This document shows, piece after piece, positions 1 to 14,338 of a stretch of DNA of 64,000 bases. The position numbers were made by a program, and so were the translations under genes. Numbering within the stretch: position 1 is the first letter of the stretch; each line of letters starts with the position of its first letter. Source of the stretch: Octopus sinensis (lineage: Eukaryota); contig NC_043009.1 of the NCBI RefSeq assembly GCF_006345805.1, positions 5,208,001 to 5,272,000 of the forward strand, read 5' to 3'. The notes beneath the pieces were generated by a model, which saw nothing but the letters and a program-made list of their open reading frames with translations, was not told the DNA's origin and searched no databases.

Positions 1-125
1 ACTGTTGTTGTTGCTGCTGCTACTACTATCATCATTATTACTAATTTATATTGAAATACTCCCAAATATATATGTATGGATATACCCGTTTCTTTTTCCT
101 TCTCTCTCTCTTCCTATATATATGT

Positions 126-127
<2 letters not shown>

Positions 128-192
<65 letters not shown>

Positions 193-226
193 ATATATAT
201 AATATATATACATATATATGTACACT
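128..226. repeat. (AT)n microsatellite (representative of many AT/CA/ATCT/TACA arrays in the window)
   Basis: Direct dinucleotide array; explains the YIYI-type ORFs. Confidence 0.97.
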
Positions 227-800
227 TATATACACTTATGAACACATGTATAACAGCTTGGATGTGCATTAAACATTCTCAAGAAATAATTTTAATAAAG
301 AGAAACTCTTAATTGCCATCGCTAGGATACGCTGATAGGACGTTGTAAATACCGCAATCACTGAAGATTCTCATAAACATAGATTCAGCTAGACGTTTAT
401 AATTCTGTATTCATGCTTGGTGAGTTGGGAGCAGTTTATCAGATCTAACTTGAAAAATCTTCACACACACTAAACATTTCAATACTGATGCAAAATATTA
501 TCATGATGGCAGTTTACTAAAGAGGTATTTAAAGTTTCACAATCTCGCTATCTCACACTTTCTGCATATACGTGTCTGTGTGAGAGGTTTTCTGTGTGAC
601 TGGGTATAGGTTTCAGTGTGTGTGTGTGTGTGTGTTTGCGTGCCTTTGTGAGTGTACGCTTGTATGTGGGCGCACGTTTTTATCTAAGTATTTCATGTTT
701 CGTTGCTGTTTATCGCAGTTCTCTCATAGCGCTATTTCTCATTTTCCCTTATGAAGTTTTATCAATTTACTTTTAACTCTGAAATGTATCGGCTATCCTG

Positions 801-1194
<394 letters not shown>

Positions 1195-1832
1195 AGAAGT
1201 CCGACGATAACCTAGCTGGCCAAAACTTCGAAGTCACTATCAACAACATTCTTTTATAAGAATAATAAATATGAACTCTACAAATGTATAGAATAACCCA
1301 TAAGAATAATGTAAAATTGTTTTTATTTTAACTGAACTCAAAAAGAATCATTAATTAATCTATCTACCTGTCTGTATGACTCTCCTTCTGTCCGTGTGTC
1401 TGTCCGTGCGTATGTCTAAAAAGCTAGCTATCTGTCAACTATCAAACTATGTATCTACGCATACGTTATCACTCATACAACCAGGTATGCATTCATAGAT
1501 TGGAAATTACAGATCTACGCGTGCGTATAACTGAAGTACCTACGATCCGTATTGACACTGGATATCGTGGAGACCTTCTGCACGGTCTTGGGCAAGCTTT
1601 ATTAGATCTAAAACTTTAGCTTGTGCAATCCCCGGTGAAGCAACTATTCGATGCCTTCCCGAGTAGGAGGGCGGCGCAACCAGTATGGAATTCACGATCG
1701 CAAACCCACTGAGGGCCGTATGCAAGTGCATTAATATTGTGCACAGGCATTGCTAACATTTTCTGTGGCCAATGGTCAGTAATGATCTTTCTCGGTCTAA
1801 ACAGCCATTATATGCCGACACAGCCATTATAT

Positions 1833-1864
<32 letters not shown>

Positions 1865-1929
1865 ATATATATATATATAATATATATATATACATATATA
1901 TACACAAACACACACATACATAAACTCGA

Positions 1930-2285
1930 CTCTGTCAGTCACGAATGACCGTGGGTGCACCTAAGAGGTTGCCTCCCGGGGTACAAGTCAGAGCAGAAAG
2001 TTGCCTCACCGGCGATCACACAACTTAGGGCTGTCTTTATGATGACCAACAGTCATCCCTTCATAGCAGTGTACATTTTCCGCGCCACCAATGTTGCCCA
2101 ACGGAAAGGCGAGGCCAATACAGCTTGCCACCAATGACGTCGCAACTCATTTCTGCAGCTGAGTGAACAGGTGTAAAGTGAAAGAAAGTGTCTTGTTCAA
2201 GAACGCAAATCACAGCCCAGTCCAGGAATCGAATTCAGAACCTCACGATCGTAAGTTCGCCGCTATAACCACTGAGTCATGCCTC

Positions 2286-2290
<5 letters not shown>
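1930..2290 (-). mobile_element. tRNA-derived SINE, family B-related variant (CORE-like)
   Basis: Minus strand reads GACTCAGTGGTTATAG (A box) ... GAATTCGATTCC (B box), then TTCTTGAACAAGACAC like the B copies at 16320 and 39615. Confidence 0.75.
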
Positions 2291-2347
<57 letters not shown>

Positions 2348-3937
2348 ATACATACATACATACATATGTACATTGCTGAACAACACAAACGAACAAGAAC
2401 ACAAATATATGTGTATATAAAGATGGGTGTTCATCTGCATGTGTGTGTATGGACATGTTCATATGAGGGACTGTATGAGAGCTTTTGTTTGCGTACACAG
2501 CCACACATTCATGATTGTATAGTTACATACATATCATCGACCATTTTATACGTAGAAATTGAATTATCTTATCTTGGATTAAAAATTTTCTAGATTGAAT
2601 AAAAAGTTGATTTGCAATATTTAATCAACACTGTATTATTATTTTCAGCTAAAAACACTAAGTGGCAACAGCCTTTATAATTAATCAATTTAAAATGCTT
2701 TCAGTGAATTTGATTTTAAATTCCAAAGCTATTTTTGTCTTTGTTTCGCTTATTGTATCCTTTATGAATTCACTAGATTTTTGCATATAATACAGCATAT
2801 TATTCTCTTTACAATAAGCAAATAACTAACAATCAAGTACCAAAAAGTGTCCCTTATCCGGTTAAAAATAACGTTGACGTTTCCTTGAAACAGATTCCTG
2901 TGTCCTTAAAACATACGTTTGTCATACGTAGAATATATTCTAGTTAAGCCTAAATATTTGGTATGGTCAACGTTGAAACGCATGTGATCTGATGCGCTTG
3001 TGGCAGAAGTATCTCATAGGAATATAACGAGTTACGAGTATAAAAGTGTCAGCGAATGGAAAATCTCTACGTTATAAAGTTCATTGAACTTTGACCATCG
3101 TTCGTCAAATCCTGGTTGCTTGAATTTGAAAGTGTGTATCTGAATATAAAATTAACATCGAGTATGTTATATATGATATTAGCACTAGAAAAAAAAATTG
3201 GAATAAGTGAAATACGAAGGTCCTACACAGTCTATACATAATTTAAACACACACACATGCACTCACAAATAATAAAAAAAACACTTAATAGCATTTTTGG
3301 CAGAGATACAGAATTCAGTATTGATGTGAGTTTAGTCTCAAGTCGATCGGTATTTGTTTACTTACTAAAAGTCAATACTAAACGACATTACAACTATTAT
3401 AATTCTATATGAGATTATTTATAAGCGTATGTTTGGAGATATACGGATCTGTGTGTGCATGTGTGTGTGTGTGTGTGTGTGTGGAATTTTCACGTGTAAA
3501 TGATATCAGCTTATATATTATAGAAAACACATGTGGTAAAATGGATTTTTCTTTTAATGTAAGGGAACATCGCAAATTAGTTAGAATAGATCATGGAACG
3601 TGAGTAGACGTTCATTTCTTGTAAATGTGCAATATGCAGCGAAAAGAAATCTCTAGGGTTTACAAATGTAGTTTTCGGTATAAATTTACCTCATTCTTTA
3701 ATGGACTGACGTTATTACTTCTAAATGAGAGCCTGATACATGGCGCCAAATAGAGAACCTGGTTATATAAATTTGTCATTACTGAAGCAATTAGACAAAT
3801 ATATTCATTAATCATACAAATGTTATACTTGTAAAACACAAGTACACAGCACAATGCAATACTTCATATGGTAAAAGATATATGAATATAACACCGTTTT
3901 GAAACACTCATATAAACACTTATGAATATGAATATAC

Positions 3938-3968
<31 letters not shown>

Positions 3969-3975
3969 ATATATC

Positions 3976-4010
<35 letters not shown>

Positions 4011-4158
4011 TTATACATACACACGCATGCATACATACATATGTTTATGGATATGCATGCGTACTTGAATATAAATATACTAGAAAACAAGAGATATACA
4101 GAGATCGATAGATGGACAGACGGAAAGATCTGCCTTTCTATCCCTCTACATCCCTGTT

Positions 4159-4207
<49 letters not shown>

Positions 4208-4228
4208 ATCTATCTATCTATATCTATC

Positions 4229-4320
<92 letters not shown>

Positions 4321-5496
4321 TATGCATCATTATGCGTATTTGTTTGTATCTAGGTTGGTATGTATCATGTATAGACGTGTGCGCTTGGGATATTTAGATA
4401 TAATTTCTGGAAACTGCCTCATTGTAGCATTTTTGTATCATAATACAGATAATGCATTTCAATCGTTGTATCTAATGTATGTGAACATGCACACATATTT
4501 TTGGGCCTTTATGTCCTTGCGCGCGCGTGTGTGTGAGTGTGTGCGTATGCCAACATGTAGGTGTGTATGTAGACGAAGATAATGGATAACAATGGAATTG
4601 TCAGGTAAGCATTTTTAAGGACGTTAGGAATGAATTTGTTTTTGTGACGTCTTTTCTCTGGTATTCTCTGAATATGAATATTGATTTCATGCACCGAACA
4701 TTGTATGCTGTACCTCTGCTACAGCAATCCGCATTCTAATAACATACATATAAAAAGTGTACTGCCATTTGAAAAACCGAAATAATTATCAAAGCTACCA
4801 CCAACATCAGAATTACAACCAACAGAAATACGGAGAATAAAAAAAATCGCCTACGTTTAAATAGATGTCAGCTTCAATGAAATTGCATAATAACAATTAC
4901 GTGGGAGAGGATAAGTTAATTGCATCGAACACCAGTGCTGAACGCGTGCTTATTTTATTAACACCAACAGGATGAATATCAAAGTCGATGAAAGACAATG
5001 GCGGACGAAATACAACTCAGAATTTTAACTGGAGTGTTAAAGATTCTGCTAGATTCACCTATTGTGTTATTTTTTAATAATAAAGCATATAACAGTCGAT
5101 TGCAAAATCATACAACGTTTTTTGCAACAAAGTGGGACACATTAAATTTAGTGTACGTGCATAATACCTGACCAAATACATGGCTACTAAATATTCTTTC
5201 GTTGCTCCAAGCCATTTAGTATATCTCTAGGGATGAGATTATCAAATTTGCTCTAAGCTAGGAGTGCCTGTCATAAGATAGGGGTCGATAGATACAGTAT
5301 CAGTCAAGTACTGAAAGTCTTACTCGCTACTCTCCCTATTTCTTACACTTGGGATCGGATAAGTTGATGGTACTAAAAGAAAGAGCGCTCCTTTCGTGAC
5401 ATTACCAATACAATTCAAAAACCCCTATTAATGAAGGGTGCCTTATAAAGTTAATATTACAAAAAAAAAAAACAAATGTTTTGAACAACTGCCTAG

Positions 5497-5668
5497 AGGG
5501 AGAAGGGAATCAATAACATCGACCCCCAGTACGCAACTGGTACGTATACTCTCGACCCGGAAGGATAAAAGGTAAAGTCGACCTCGGCTGAATTTGAACT
5601 GACAGTATAATGACATGAAATGCCGTTGAGCATTTTCCCCGCCGCGTTAGCGATTCTGCCGTCTCACA
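5497..5668 (-). mobile_element. SINE family A (tRNA head + GTCGACTTTGCCTTTCATCC core)
   Basis: Reverse complement matches the copy at 5684-5915. Confidence 0.85.
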
Positions 5669-5683
5669 ACCATACCTCAGATA

Positions 5684-5915
5684 TAGCGGCGAGCTGGCAG
5701 AAAGGTTAGCACGCTGGGCGAAATGCTTAGAAGTATTTCGTCTGTCTTTTCGTTCTGAGTTCAAATTTCGCCGAGGTCGACTTTGCCTTTCATCCTTTCG
5801 GGGTCGATAAATTAAGTACCAGTTGCGTACTGAGGTTGATCTAATCGACTGGCCCCTCTCCCTCAAAATTTCGGACCTTGTGCCTAGAACAGAAAAGAAT
5901 ATTCCTAAATTATTT
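5684..5915 (+). mobile_element. SINE family A, full length
   Basis: GGCGAGCTGGCAGAAAGGTTAG head, GAGTTCAAAT B box, core GGTCGACTTTGCCTTTCATCCTTTCGGGGTCGATAAATTAAGTACC; further copies at 20310, 38750, 43204, 44490, 47314. Confidence 0.9.
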
Positions 5916-6801
5916 CTTAGGTCTTGTTGTGTGGGGTGGATCGTTTACTTTTTGGCTGTTACCACTTACTTTTACATTAATTCTTTTGGATATTTCTAAC
6001 CTTCCAAACACTCACCACCTGCTTATGCTACTTTCACTACTTTCGCTACTAAATATATTGAGTGTGTAAAGCTAAGCATCTTCGCTAATATTTCAACACG
6101 AGAGCTAAAAAAAATGGAAGCAGAATATTTTTTTTTCCTCTGCTAGTAACGCACCGCCGGATATATTCAATGACTGGCTCTAAGAAACGCGTCTAAATAG
6201 TCGAAAACTTCCAATATTTTCGTTAGTCTTGCTGAAAAGAAAGCACCGCTTGTCTCGTGAAGCGTGTAAAATACCAGCCAAATGGAGACAGCTACAACTC
6301 TTCAGGCGTAACCTTTGTGCCTGATGTTTCCCTCTTATCGACGTTCTCTCTCCTCTGCTCACTTTCACCCTGTCAACTCATCCTCCACTCTCCTTCCCTT
6401 TCTTTCTCTCTCTCTTTCCCTCTTTACATGTATAATTCTGGCCTTCCCAGTCTCTTCACTTATCCTTTTTCTTTTTATCTCACAACTACACAAACGCGCA
6501 TACATTCGTATACATATGCACATGCTTATATGTGTTTCTGTAACTGTATTTGTGTGAATTATACACGCATGCGCACGAGCTCAAGAAAATATAGGATTAC
6601 ATGAGAACGTGAATTTTTTTTATTTTACGTATTACTAAAGGGAAAATGTATTGTTTTTTGATAAATGAGCAATAATAAAATAATAAAGAAAGTAGTTTTT
6701 AATGATTTTTACCATTTTATTATTTTATTCTTCATGTTACTATTGACGGTGTATTGCTTTATATATAACTGCATTTCTTCCGCCAACACCCATACACATT
6801 T

Positions 6802-6832
<31 letters not shown>

Positions 6833-6891
6833 AACACACATACATACACACATATATATTTATATGCATACATACGTATACAAATGTATAG

Positions 6892-6950
<59 letters not shown>

Positions 6951-6989
6951 CCTATCTATCTATCTATCTAACTATCTATCTACCTATAA

Positions 6990-7036
<47 letters not shown>

Positions 7037-7051
7037 TTTTCATCTTGTGTA

Positions 7052-7236
7052 TATTCTTTAATTTGTTTCAGACACTTGACTGCGGCCATGCTGGAGCACC
7101 AAATTTAGTCGAACAAATCAGCCCCATGACTTATTCTTTGTAAGCCTAGTACTTATTATCTCGAAATGTTTTACTAAACTACTAGGTTACGGGTCCATAA
7201 ACACACAAATATCGGTTGTCAAGCGATGGAGGGAGG

Positions 7237-7277
<41 letters not shown>

Positions 7278-7440
7278 GGACGGGTTTCTTTCAGTTTCTG
7301 TCTACCAAATCCACTCACAAGGCTTTGGTCAACACGACCGTATAGAAGACACTTGCCCAAGGTGCCATGTAGTGCGACTGAACCTAGAACCATGTGGTTG
7401 GTAAGCAAACTACTTACCACACAGCCGCTCCTGTGCCTAT
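7052..7440 (-). mobile_element. SINE family C with internal (CA)/(TA) microsatellite
   Basis: Minus-strand head GGCTGTGTGGTAAG...GGTTCAGTC, GCACCTTGGGCAAGTGTC; 3' end GGTGCTCCAGCATGGCCGCAGTC; homologous copies at 10500, 22490, 24505, 49855. Confidence 0.9.
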
Positions 7441-7699
7441 GTGCATAATGTATATATTGATTTATTTCATATTCCTTGTTTGTTTTCTATTTATTGATTT
7501 TGTATAGAATATCTCTATAGAAATGTGTACATACAAAAACAGAAACTTTGTTTTCACATATGTGTGATATCAAGTATATATGATTTAGTGTATGCTTGTA
7601 TACCGCTACTTGTTTGTATTCTATAACATGTTCATACAAATTAAGCCGATCTTTCTGGTCCCTTGCCTGTTGTTCTCTACCACCTTTGCTGAACACACT

Positions 7700-8700
7700 T
7701 TCAGGCCTCTTCCGTGGAATGATGGCACCTTAAGCAACATCCTGAACAGAAAGCATTCACGTTCACCGCTCGTTTTCCATCCCACTCCGTACGCCTTTCT
7801 CTCAAGATATCCTGTCTACAACCGCATTTCTATTCCAGTAGCTTCCCTTCACTTTTAACATTTTCTAAGTGCTGTCATACCTCAAGCTACCTTGGACGGA
7901 GAAATCTATCGGCCTTGAGAATTCCTTGCCACTACTCTTAAACAATGTGCCCCTACACAAGATCCTATAGAAATCAGACACACACACACACACACGCACA
8001 CTCTCTCTCTCCCTCCCTCTCTCTCTCCCCTCTCCCTCTCTCACTCTCTCTCTCTCTGTCTATCTATCTATCTATCTATCTAAGCAAGTTTCTGTGATCC
8101 GTTCCAAACACCAGTGACTCCTACAACCCAGCTCACTATCGCTCTGCTGCTATTATTTCTAGCATGTCTTAGTAAGAGATCCATTTACAACCTTGAACTT
8201 GTCAATCTCTCCTGGCTACCAGAATGCATACGGCTGCTCCAGAACGAGAATCACTTGAGGCATACTCTTTAATATCACTCATTATTGGGAATTCACTTGA
8301 TAGATGTTCGACAGAGGCAATGTTATAGAAGCAAGGATCAGCAAATTCATTGCCTGCGTTTGCTATGCAAACCTCATACGAAAATTACTCGCCTACAAGC
8401 TCCAGCTACCTTTCATATCTACGTGGTGATTGACATATGTTGACGGGTCACTTTCTCTCCCATGTTTTCTTCAATGCTAGGTCTTATCATCATTCTATTC
8501 CTAATACACATGGTTCTCCTACTTGCCGCATCACTCTAAAACGCAAAATCTAACCAAATGATACGAACCTTCATTTCTTCTTAATCTTCCCTAAATATGC
8601 ATCATTAACACACAACCTACACACCCCGTACCAAAACTGCATTAGTTACACGAACAGGGACCTTCACAACATCACCCCACCTATGGGTCATACCAACAAT
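7700..8700 (+). mobile_element. Highly decayed CR1/L2/Jockey-group LINE RT remnant, interrupted by a microsatellite at ~7980-8082
   Basis: Hand-translated broken motifs: LKQCAP (cf. VLK-CA), YNPAHYRS (cf. DPSNYRP), ANLIRKLLAYK (cf. H..LL.KL.SYG); many stops and indels. Confidence 0.5.
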
Positions 8701-10499
8701 GTATCTTTTAATAATAAAGAAATCCGGCTCTCTCATGTCAACAAATCCGTGTTTTCTCACATCACATCTAAACATAGGCAGCATTCATCTAGTTGCTTTA
8801 AATGCTTGGTGAGCCTTAACAGTGACTGCAAATACTGGGCCTCGCTATAATGGAGGTTCCCTCTTGGGGGACATAAACCCTTAGCATCGCTTAGACAGCA
8901 TTGCTGTGACAAGCCAGAGTCTTGAGAACTAGAAGATAATTTAAGCACTATAGTTTGCTGACATTATATAAAGCACATGCAAAACATAGAACAGAATTCT
9001 GCGCCCACATTTGGGACGGTTCTAGAAGCACGGACACTGAGATCATATAGTGTACGCAGGAAACGGTAGCTTATTCGATACACAGACACTTCAGCTACTG
9101 GAAAATAGATATGTTTTCTGCCTTGCTTCAAATATAATGAATGCAGCTCCTGTTATCGCCACTACCGAGGCATTCCATTTCCCTTTGCTCACTCTGCCTC
9201 TCGAATCAACGGTGATAAAACTATGGCATGGTTCTACACATGCTTACGCTCATCACACACGAGGTCATGAATTAATGTGCGAGTTTGTGTGTGTGTATGT
9301 GTACCCTACACTTTCCGTAAAGTAATATATGTGTGTACATGAATGAATATGTATCTCTATGTGTGTGAGTTTGTGTCTGTAGAAATCTATTTTGACTCAT
9401 TTACTTTTGGTTTTGTCGGCAACAAAACATCAATAAATATCACGTTTTTCACAATCATATTTTGTCTGTTTAATCTTACAAGATTTCACATGCTTAATCT
9501 ATTGCTACCTTTCTAAATACATTGTTGTGTCTCTCCTGTTACCTTCCTGTATTTATAGAGTGACTTCTAACTCCTTTTTTACCTTGTTGTCCATCAACAT
9601 TTAGTTGATTCAATCTGTCTATATTTCCCTCCTTCAGTTTTTGTATCTCACTTAAACATATATTTCTTCTAAGATCATCCTTCATAACGTTGAGACAGAA
9701 TGACAAGAGGTTGTCACGCTTTGCATTCAATATTATTGAAGTTTGAGCGATAATTTTCTCACTTAACACCTAGGAATCCATGAAAATTCCAGGAATAAGC
9801 AAAGAAATATTCTTGCAGTTGGTTTCTTCAAGCGGTTTTCTATTCAGAGAAATTCTACGAGTCACCTGTTGTTTCATCATAGCCAAGCTGTATCAGAGTT
9901 CATACAATGAGAACGTTCATACACACAAATAGACATATTCATCAGTGTGTTAGTATTGTGTCTATATAGGTCTTTACATACACCTCTATGTGTGTGCGTG
10001 TTTGTGTGTGAGTGCGTGTGTGTGGTGTGTGTGTGTGTGTGTGCGCGCGTGTGTTACCATGCATTAATACGCTTATGAATACGAAGATATGCTTCTGAAA
10101 AATTTTCATGCATGTATTAATGTATTATACTCCAAGAAATGGCATCTGTCAAATTTGCTTGCAACTTAATTCGTAAAACGACACGTCATGAAATATGTAG
10201 AGCGCGTGTTGCTTGCCAGGGCTTTCTCATTCGCAGAGCCTTATTAGTATGCAATAGTAACCGTAGGAATATAGGTGCCTTAAGTAAAAGGTGACTTTCG
10301 AAAATAAAGCATTTTGCAAAAATAAATAAATAAATAAAATAAAATAAAATAAAATAAAATAGTGTTTCAAAATTTTATGCGCTATGTGTATTGACATGGA
10401 CAAGCGTAACATGGGATTTTTAAATTGGTGTGACATAAATAAACATGTCGAAGTTAAATGAATCTCTTAATTAGAATACTTCTAATTTGTGTTAGAGAT

Positions 10500-10736
10500 A
10501 CTCTTTTACTTGTTTCAGTCATTTGGCTGCGGCCATGCTGGAGCACCGCCATTAGTCGAGCAAATCGACCCCAGGACTTATTCTTTGTAAGCCTAGTACT
10601 CATTCTATCGTTCTCTTTTGACATAAACACATCAGCATCGGTTGTCAGGCGATGTTGGGGGGACAAACACAGACACACAAACATATACACAACACATATA
10701 TACATACATACATACATACATACATACATACATACA

Positions 10737-10770
<34 letters not shown>
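10500..10770 (-). mobile_element. SINE family C, 3' half only, ending in (TACA)n
   Basis: Matches the 3' part of 7052-7440 and 22490-22890. Confidence 0.88.
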
Positions 10771-13700
10771 AAAGAATTAGGGTCGGTGCAACGTTGTCAA
10801 ATGTGTAGATAACGTAGAGGACAGGCTGAAATATCGAGCCAAAGGAGATATCTTTTATTTTCCTTTAAGGAGGAGCGACCGTACTTTTCGTATTGTTTAC
10901 AAAGCATGTACAGCTGGCTGGACGAAGGTAGAAAGATACTCTCAAACCAGAGACCAGATCGAATGCCAGCAACAGAGTGGCCTGCGCTCCTGTACACTTA
11001 CTGACTCAGGCGGTGTTGATAAACCTGTCACCCGAGAACTTGGTTGCATATTAACCCAGAGAGGAAAACAACAGAAAAAGTATATAATGTCTGATTTTCT
11101 TAGGGTTTAAATAATCTACTACCCTGCCATGTTCTTTTTAACGCAAATATGTGAAAGTCAATACTCTCTTCGACAGGATTTGAACGCAGGAATCCAAGAT
11201 TCGGAGAAATACTACAGGACATTCAATTTGACCCTATAACGAGGTCACCAATTCATTATCTTCCTTGATATTTGTTAAACGGAATCTATCCTCCTCACCC
11301 CATCAAAAGAGACTAGGTTTTGACACAAAAAGCGCGACCAGCATGGACTCACTGAAATCACAAATAGAAAACTATTTCAAGTATACATTAGCCCGTCCCA
11401 TCATTGGTATTGCCTAGCATCCATACAAAATAATGCTGCACACGAGCACCCGGCAGGAGTGAAATACTGTGGCGACGTGGCTCATTAGACTTGACCGAAT
11501 CTTACTTTAATTATGACATCGAGAGGAAGAAAAAAATACATGAAATGATCTCAGCTTCCAAGAACTCGTTAATGCTTATGATGCGAATTCGGTGGCTAAA
11601 ATATTTTCATTACCTAAGCTGATTTTGACCACAGGCTTTCAATGGGTCATAAGGTACCTTCGTACTTGCTATTTGATATTGCAAACGCACCAACAAAATG
11701 AGGAGCATTGCTGGTGAAATCTTGTCTAAGCGTGTCATATGCTCCGCGATCTTTTCAATCACAGAATTGAAAAGCGCGGTTCGTGGCACACAAATATTGC
11801 GTATATGAAGTCAGACACCGTTGCACAACATCGAACTAATCCCATGTAAAACAACGCGGAATTGGGCAGCTTTACTACTTGAGTGACTGCTTTTTACAAC
11901 TTTGTGATTCTGTAACACTTTGTCAGCTATGACATACCACAATACTTGTGTTTTATCCTATTTCCAACGAAAGGATGAAATAATATGTTACCCTGTAGTG
12001 TCACTCGCCAATGTAATATCCCTTTCGAAACTTTCGATAAGTTCCACTACTATCTGAGACGCAATTCACCAGATGATGTTTTCATCTCTCTCTCTCATCT
12101 TTACTTCTAGTGGTTTTCCGTCCAATGGACGTCACCGTCGTATGTGGTGACTGTGATCAAATTATTGTACGCTTTAAGAAAGCTTCTCAGTATCGACACA
12201 CAACTTCGTGTCCATATTCATATTTCTGTACAATAAGAATATATTTCATATCAAGTCCAAAAACGGCTTTCCCTCCTGCACAGATCATACCAAACTTAGT
12301 TTATATATGAAATTGTTCCACATCTTGTAAACTCAATATGTTAATGATGTTTGTTTTTTTTTTAATTTTACTAAAGATAGAGAGAGAATAACTTTTAATT
12401 ACTGAAAAATAAATACCAGTGAATTTAAATATAATGTTTGAAAATACGGAGAAAAATTGACAATTTTCAGACTTATTCATTCTCAGTGAAGTCTAAATTT
12501 CCAATTTTGAGGGAAGCGTTGATTAACCTTAAGTACTTTGATATAAATGATATAATTATAGTTTAATATGTAATCTAACGTAATACTATATATATATATA
12601 TATCAATATATGCATGCATATGCATATATATATATATATATTTATACATACATGTATATATGTATATACATTGATACACACGCACGCACATATATATGAA
12701 TATGTAGATGTGTATATATGTACATATATATGTGTGTGTATGTGCGTGTGAGTTTATATATGTGTGTGGAAAATTTAAAGTACTTTAAGATCAATACAGT
12801 TCCATGCAACTCACGATATATTTGGAAGTAGAAAAAAAAATTAATTTAAAATAGATTTAATACAAGCAATTTCCATTTGTCTTATTTTAAGTATTTTAAT
12901 ATTTTTTTTGATAAATATATATATATTTTTTTTTTTCGAGAAATGTTTATATACTTCTTTCATTCTTTGTTGGTTACATTAAAAAATATGAAAGCCAATA
13001 TTTTGTTCAGCATATTATGATCAGCAGCTATTCATGAGAATAAGAAAAAAAGAATTATATCAGTTAATTTGTATGCGTCTTAATTAGATTCTAACACTTG
13101 TATTTTAAAACATCGCATGCAAACGTTCATGGGAGTTTTCTGATTTTTATTAGATTTTTCAACTGTGAGAATTTATCATTATCGACTGGAATTCCTCCTC
13201 GTCATTAAAAATGGCAATCTTATCGCACTTGCGAACAAAGCCACTACATTAAAGTTAATTATAAAATAGAGGTAATCATGGACTTTTCTCTATGTTAAGA
13301 ATGAAAGATTTTCTCTAGATTTCGCGCTGCATGTCGCTGAATGGAAATGAAGGTGATGTGAAGGTGAAAATCATTCGAAATTGGGAATCAAGTGGAAAGG
13401 AAAAGAAAAATTACACATCATAAATATCATTTTCTCTCTTCAAGTATTACAATTTCCACTTGCAATCCATATAGTCGAAGGCATCTAAAAACCATAAGAT
13501 ACTAACCATTTTACTTTGTGGATACATTTAGCGTTGACGTTGATTTGTGGTGTGTATTTTGATGTATGTGTATCACTCTTTCACACTATTTCTAATATAT
13601 ATATATATATATATGTATGTATAGTTAGATATATATATATATGTATTTATATACATATATAACACATACATACATATTTATATATAGATGTATATGCATA

Positions 13701-13866
13701 TATGTGTATATATCTGTCTCAATCTATTAATCTATTTATGTATCGATCTCTGTTCCCCCCTATATACAGTGAGAAAGAGAGAGGATGGACGGAGATAGAG
13801 AATGAAGTAGAGGGAAAAAAGAGATAAATAGATAGATATATAATTATACACATATTGACAGTATTT

Positions 13867-14161
13867 GGAGGCACATGACCTAGCACTGGACTCGCGGTCG
13901 AGGGATAGCGGGTTCAAATCTCAGACCGGGCGATGTGTGTGTTTATGAGCGAAACACCTAAGCTCCACGCGGCTTCGGCAGAAGGTAATGCCGAACTTCT
14001 GCTGACTCTTTCGCCACAACTTTCTCTCACTCTTTCCTCCTGCATCTAGCAGCTCACCTGCGATGGACTGGCGTCCCATCCAAGTGGGAAACCTATACGA
14101 CAAAGAAACCGGGAAACCGGCCCTTATGAGCCAGACATGGCTCGAGAAGGAATTAAAAAAA
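13867..14161 (+). mobile_element. SINE family B with 13-bp target site duplication
   Basis: tRNA-like head (small deletion in the A box), GGTTCAAATC B box; TSD ATATTGACAGTAT at 13852-13864 and 14162-14174; close to the copy at 62159. Confidence 0.93.
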
Positions 14162-14295
14162 ATATTGACAGTATGGTTTACCTGAGAGTTTCAAACAACG
14201 TCTGTATGTACGATTGATCATACAGTTACGAGAAATGAGTCATTGCGTCAAACAAATACTGATTTTAAACATGCATCGGGTTCTGTATATATATA

Positions 14296-14338
<43 letters not shown>

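Noticed and set aside
1500-1790. GC-richer island with 63-aa minus ORF; a plus frame reads RIDTGYRGDLLHGLGQALLDLK
   Set aside because: Short, interrupted by stops, no recognisable domain; DTGYRG resembles a transposase motif but is too weak without a search.
12110-12310. Possible exon after a pyrimidine tract and AG (12109/12110)
   Set aside because: No convincing donor or recognisable protein; similar weak candidates at 13319, 19195 and ~32790-32950 (minus) were also unsupported.
13867-13940. tRNA gene calls for SINE heads (also 39615, 62159, 63221)
   Set aside because: A/B boxes are present but there is no complete cloverleaf, and each continues into a SINE body.
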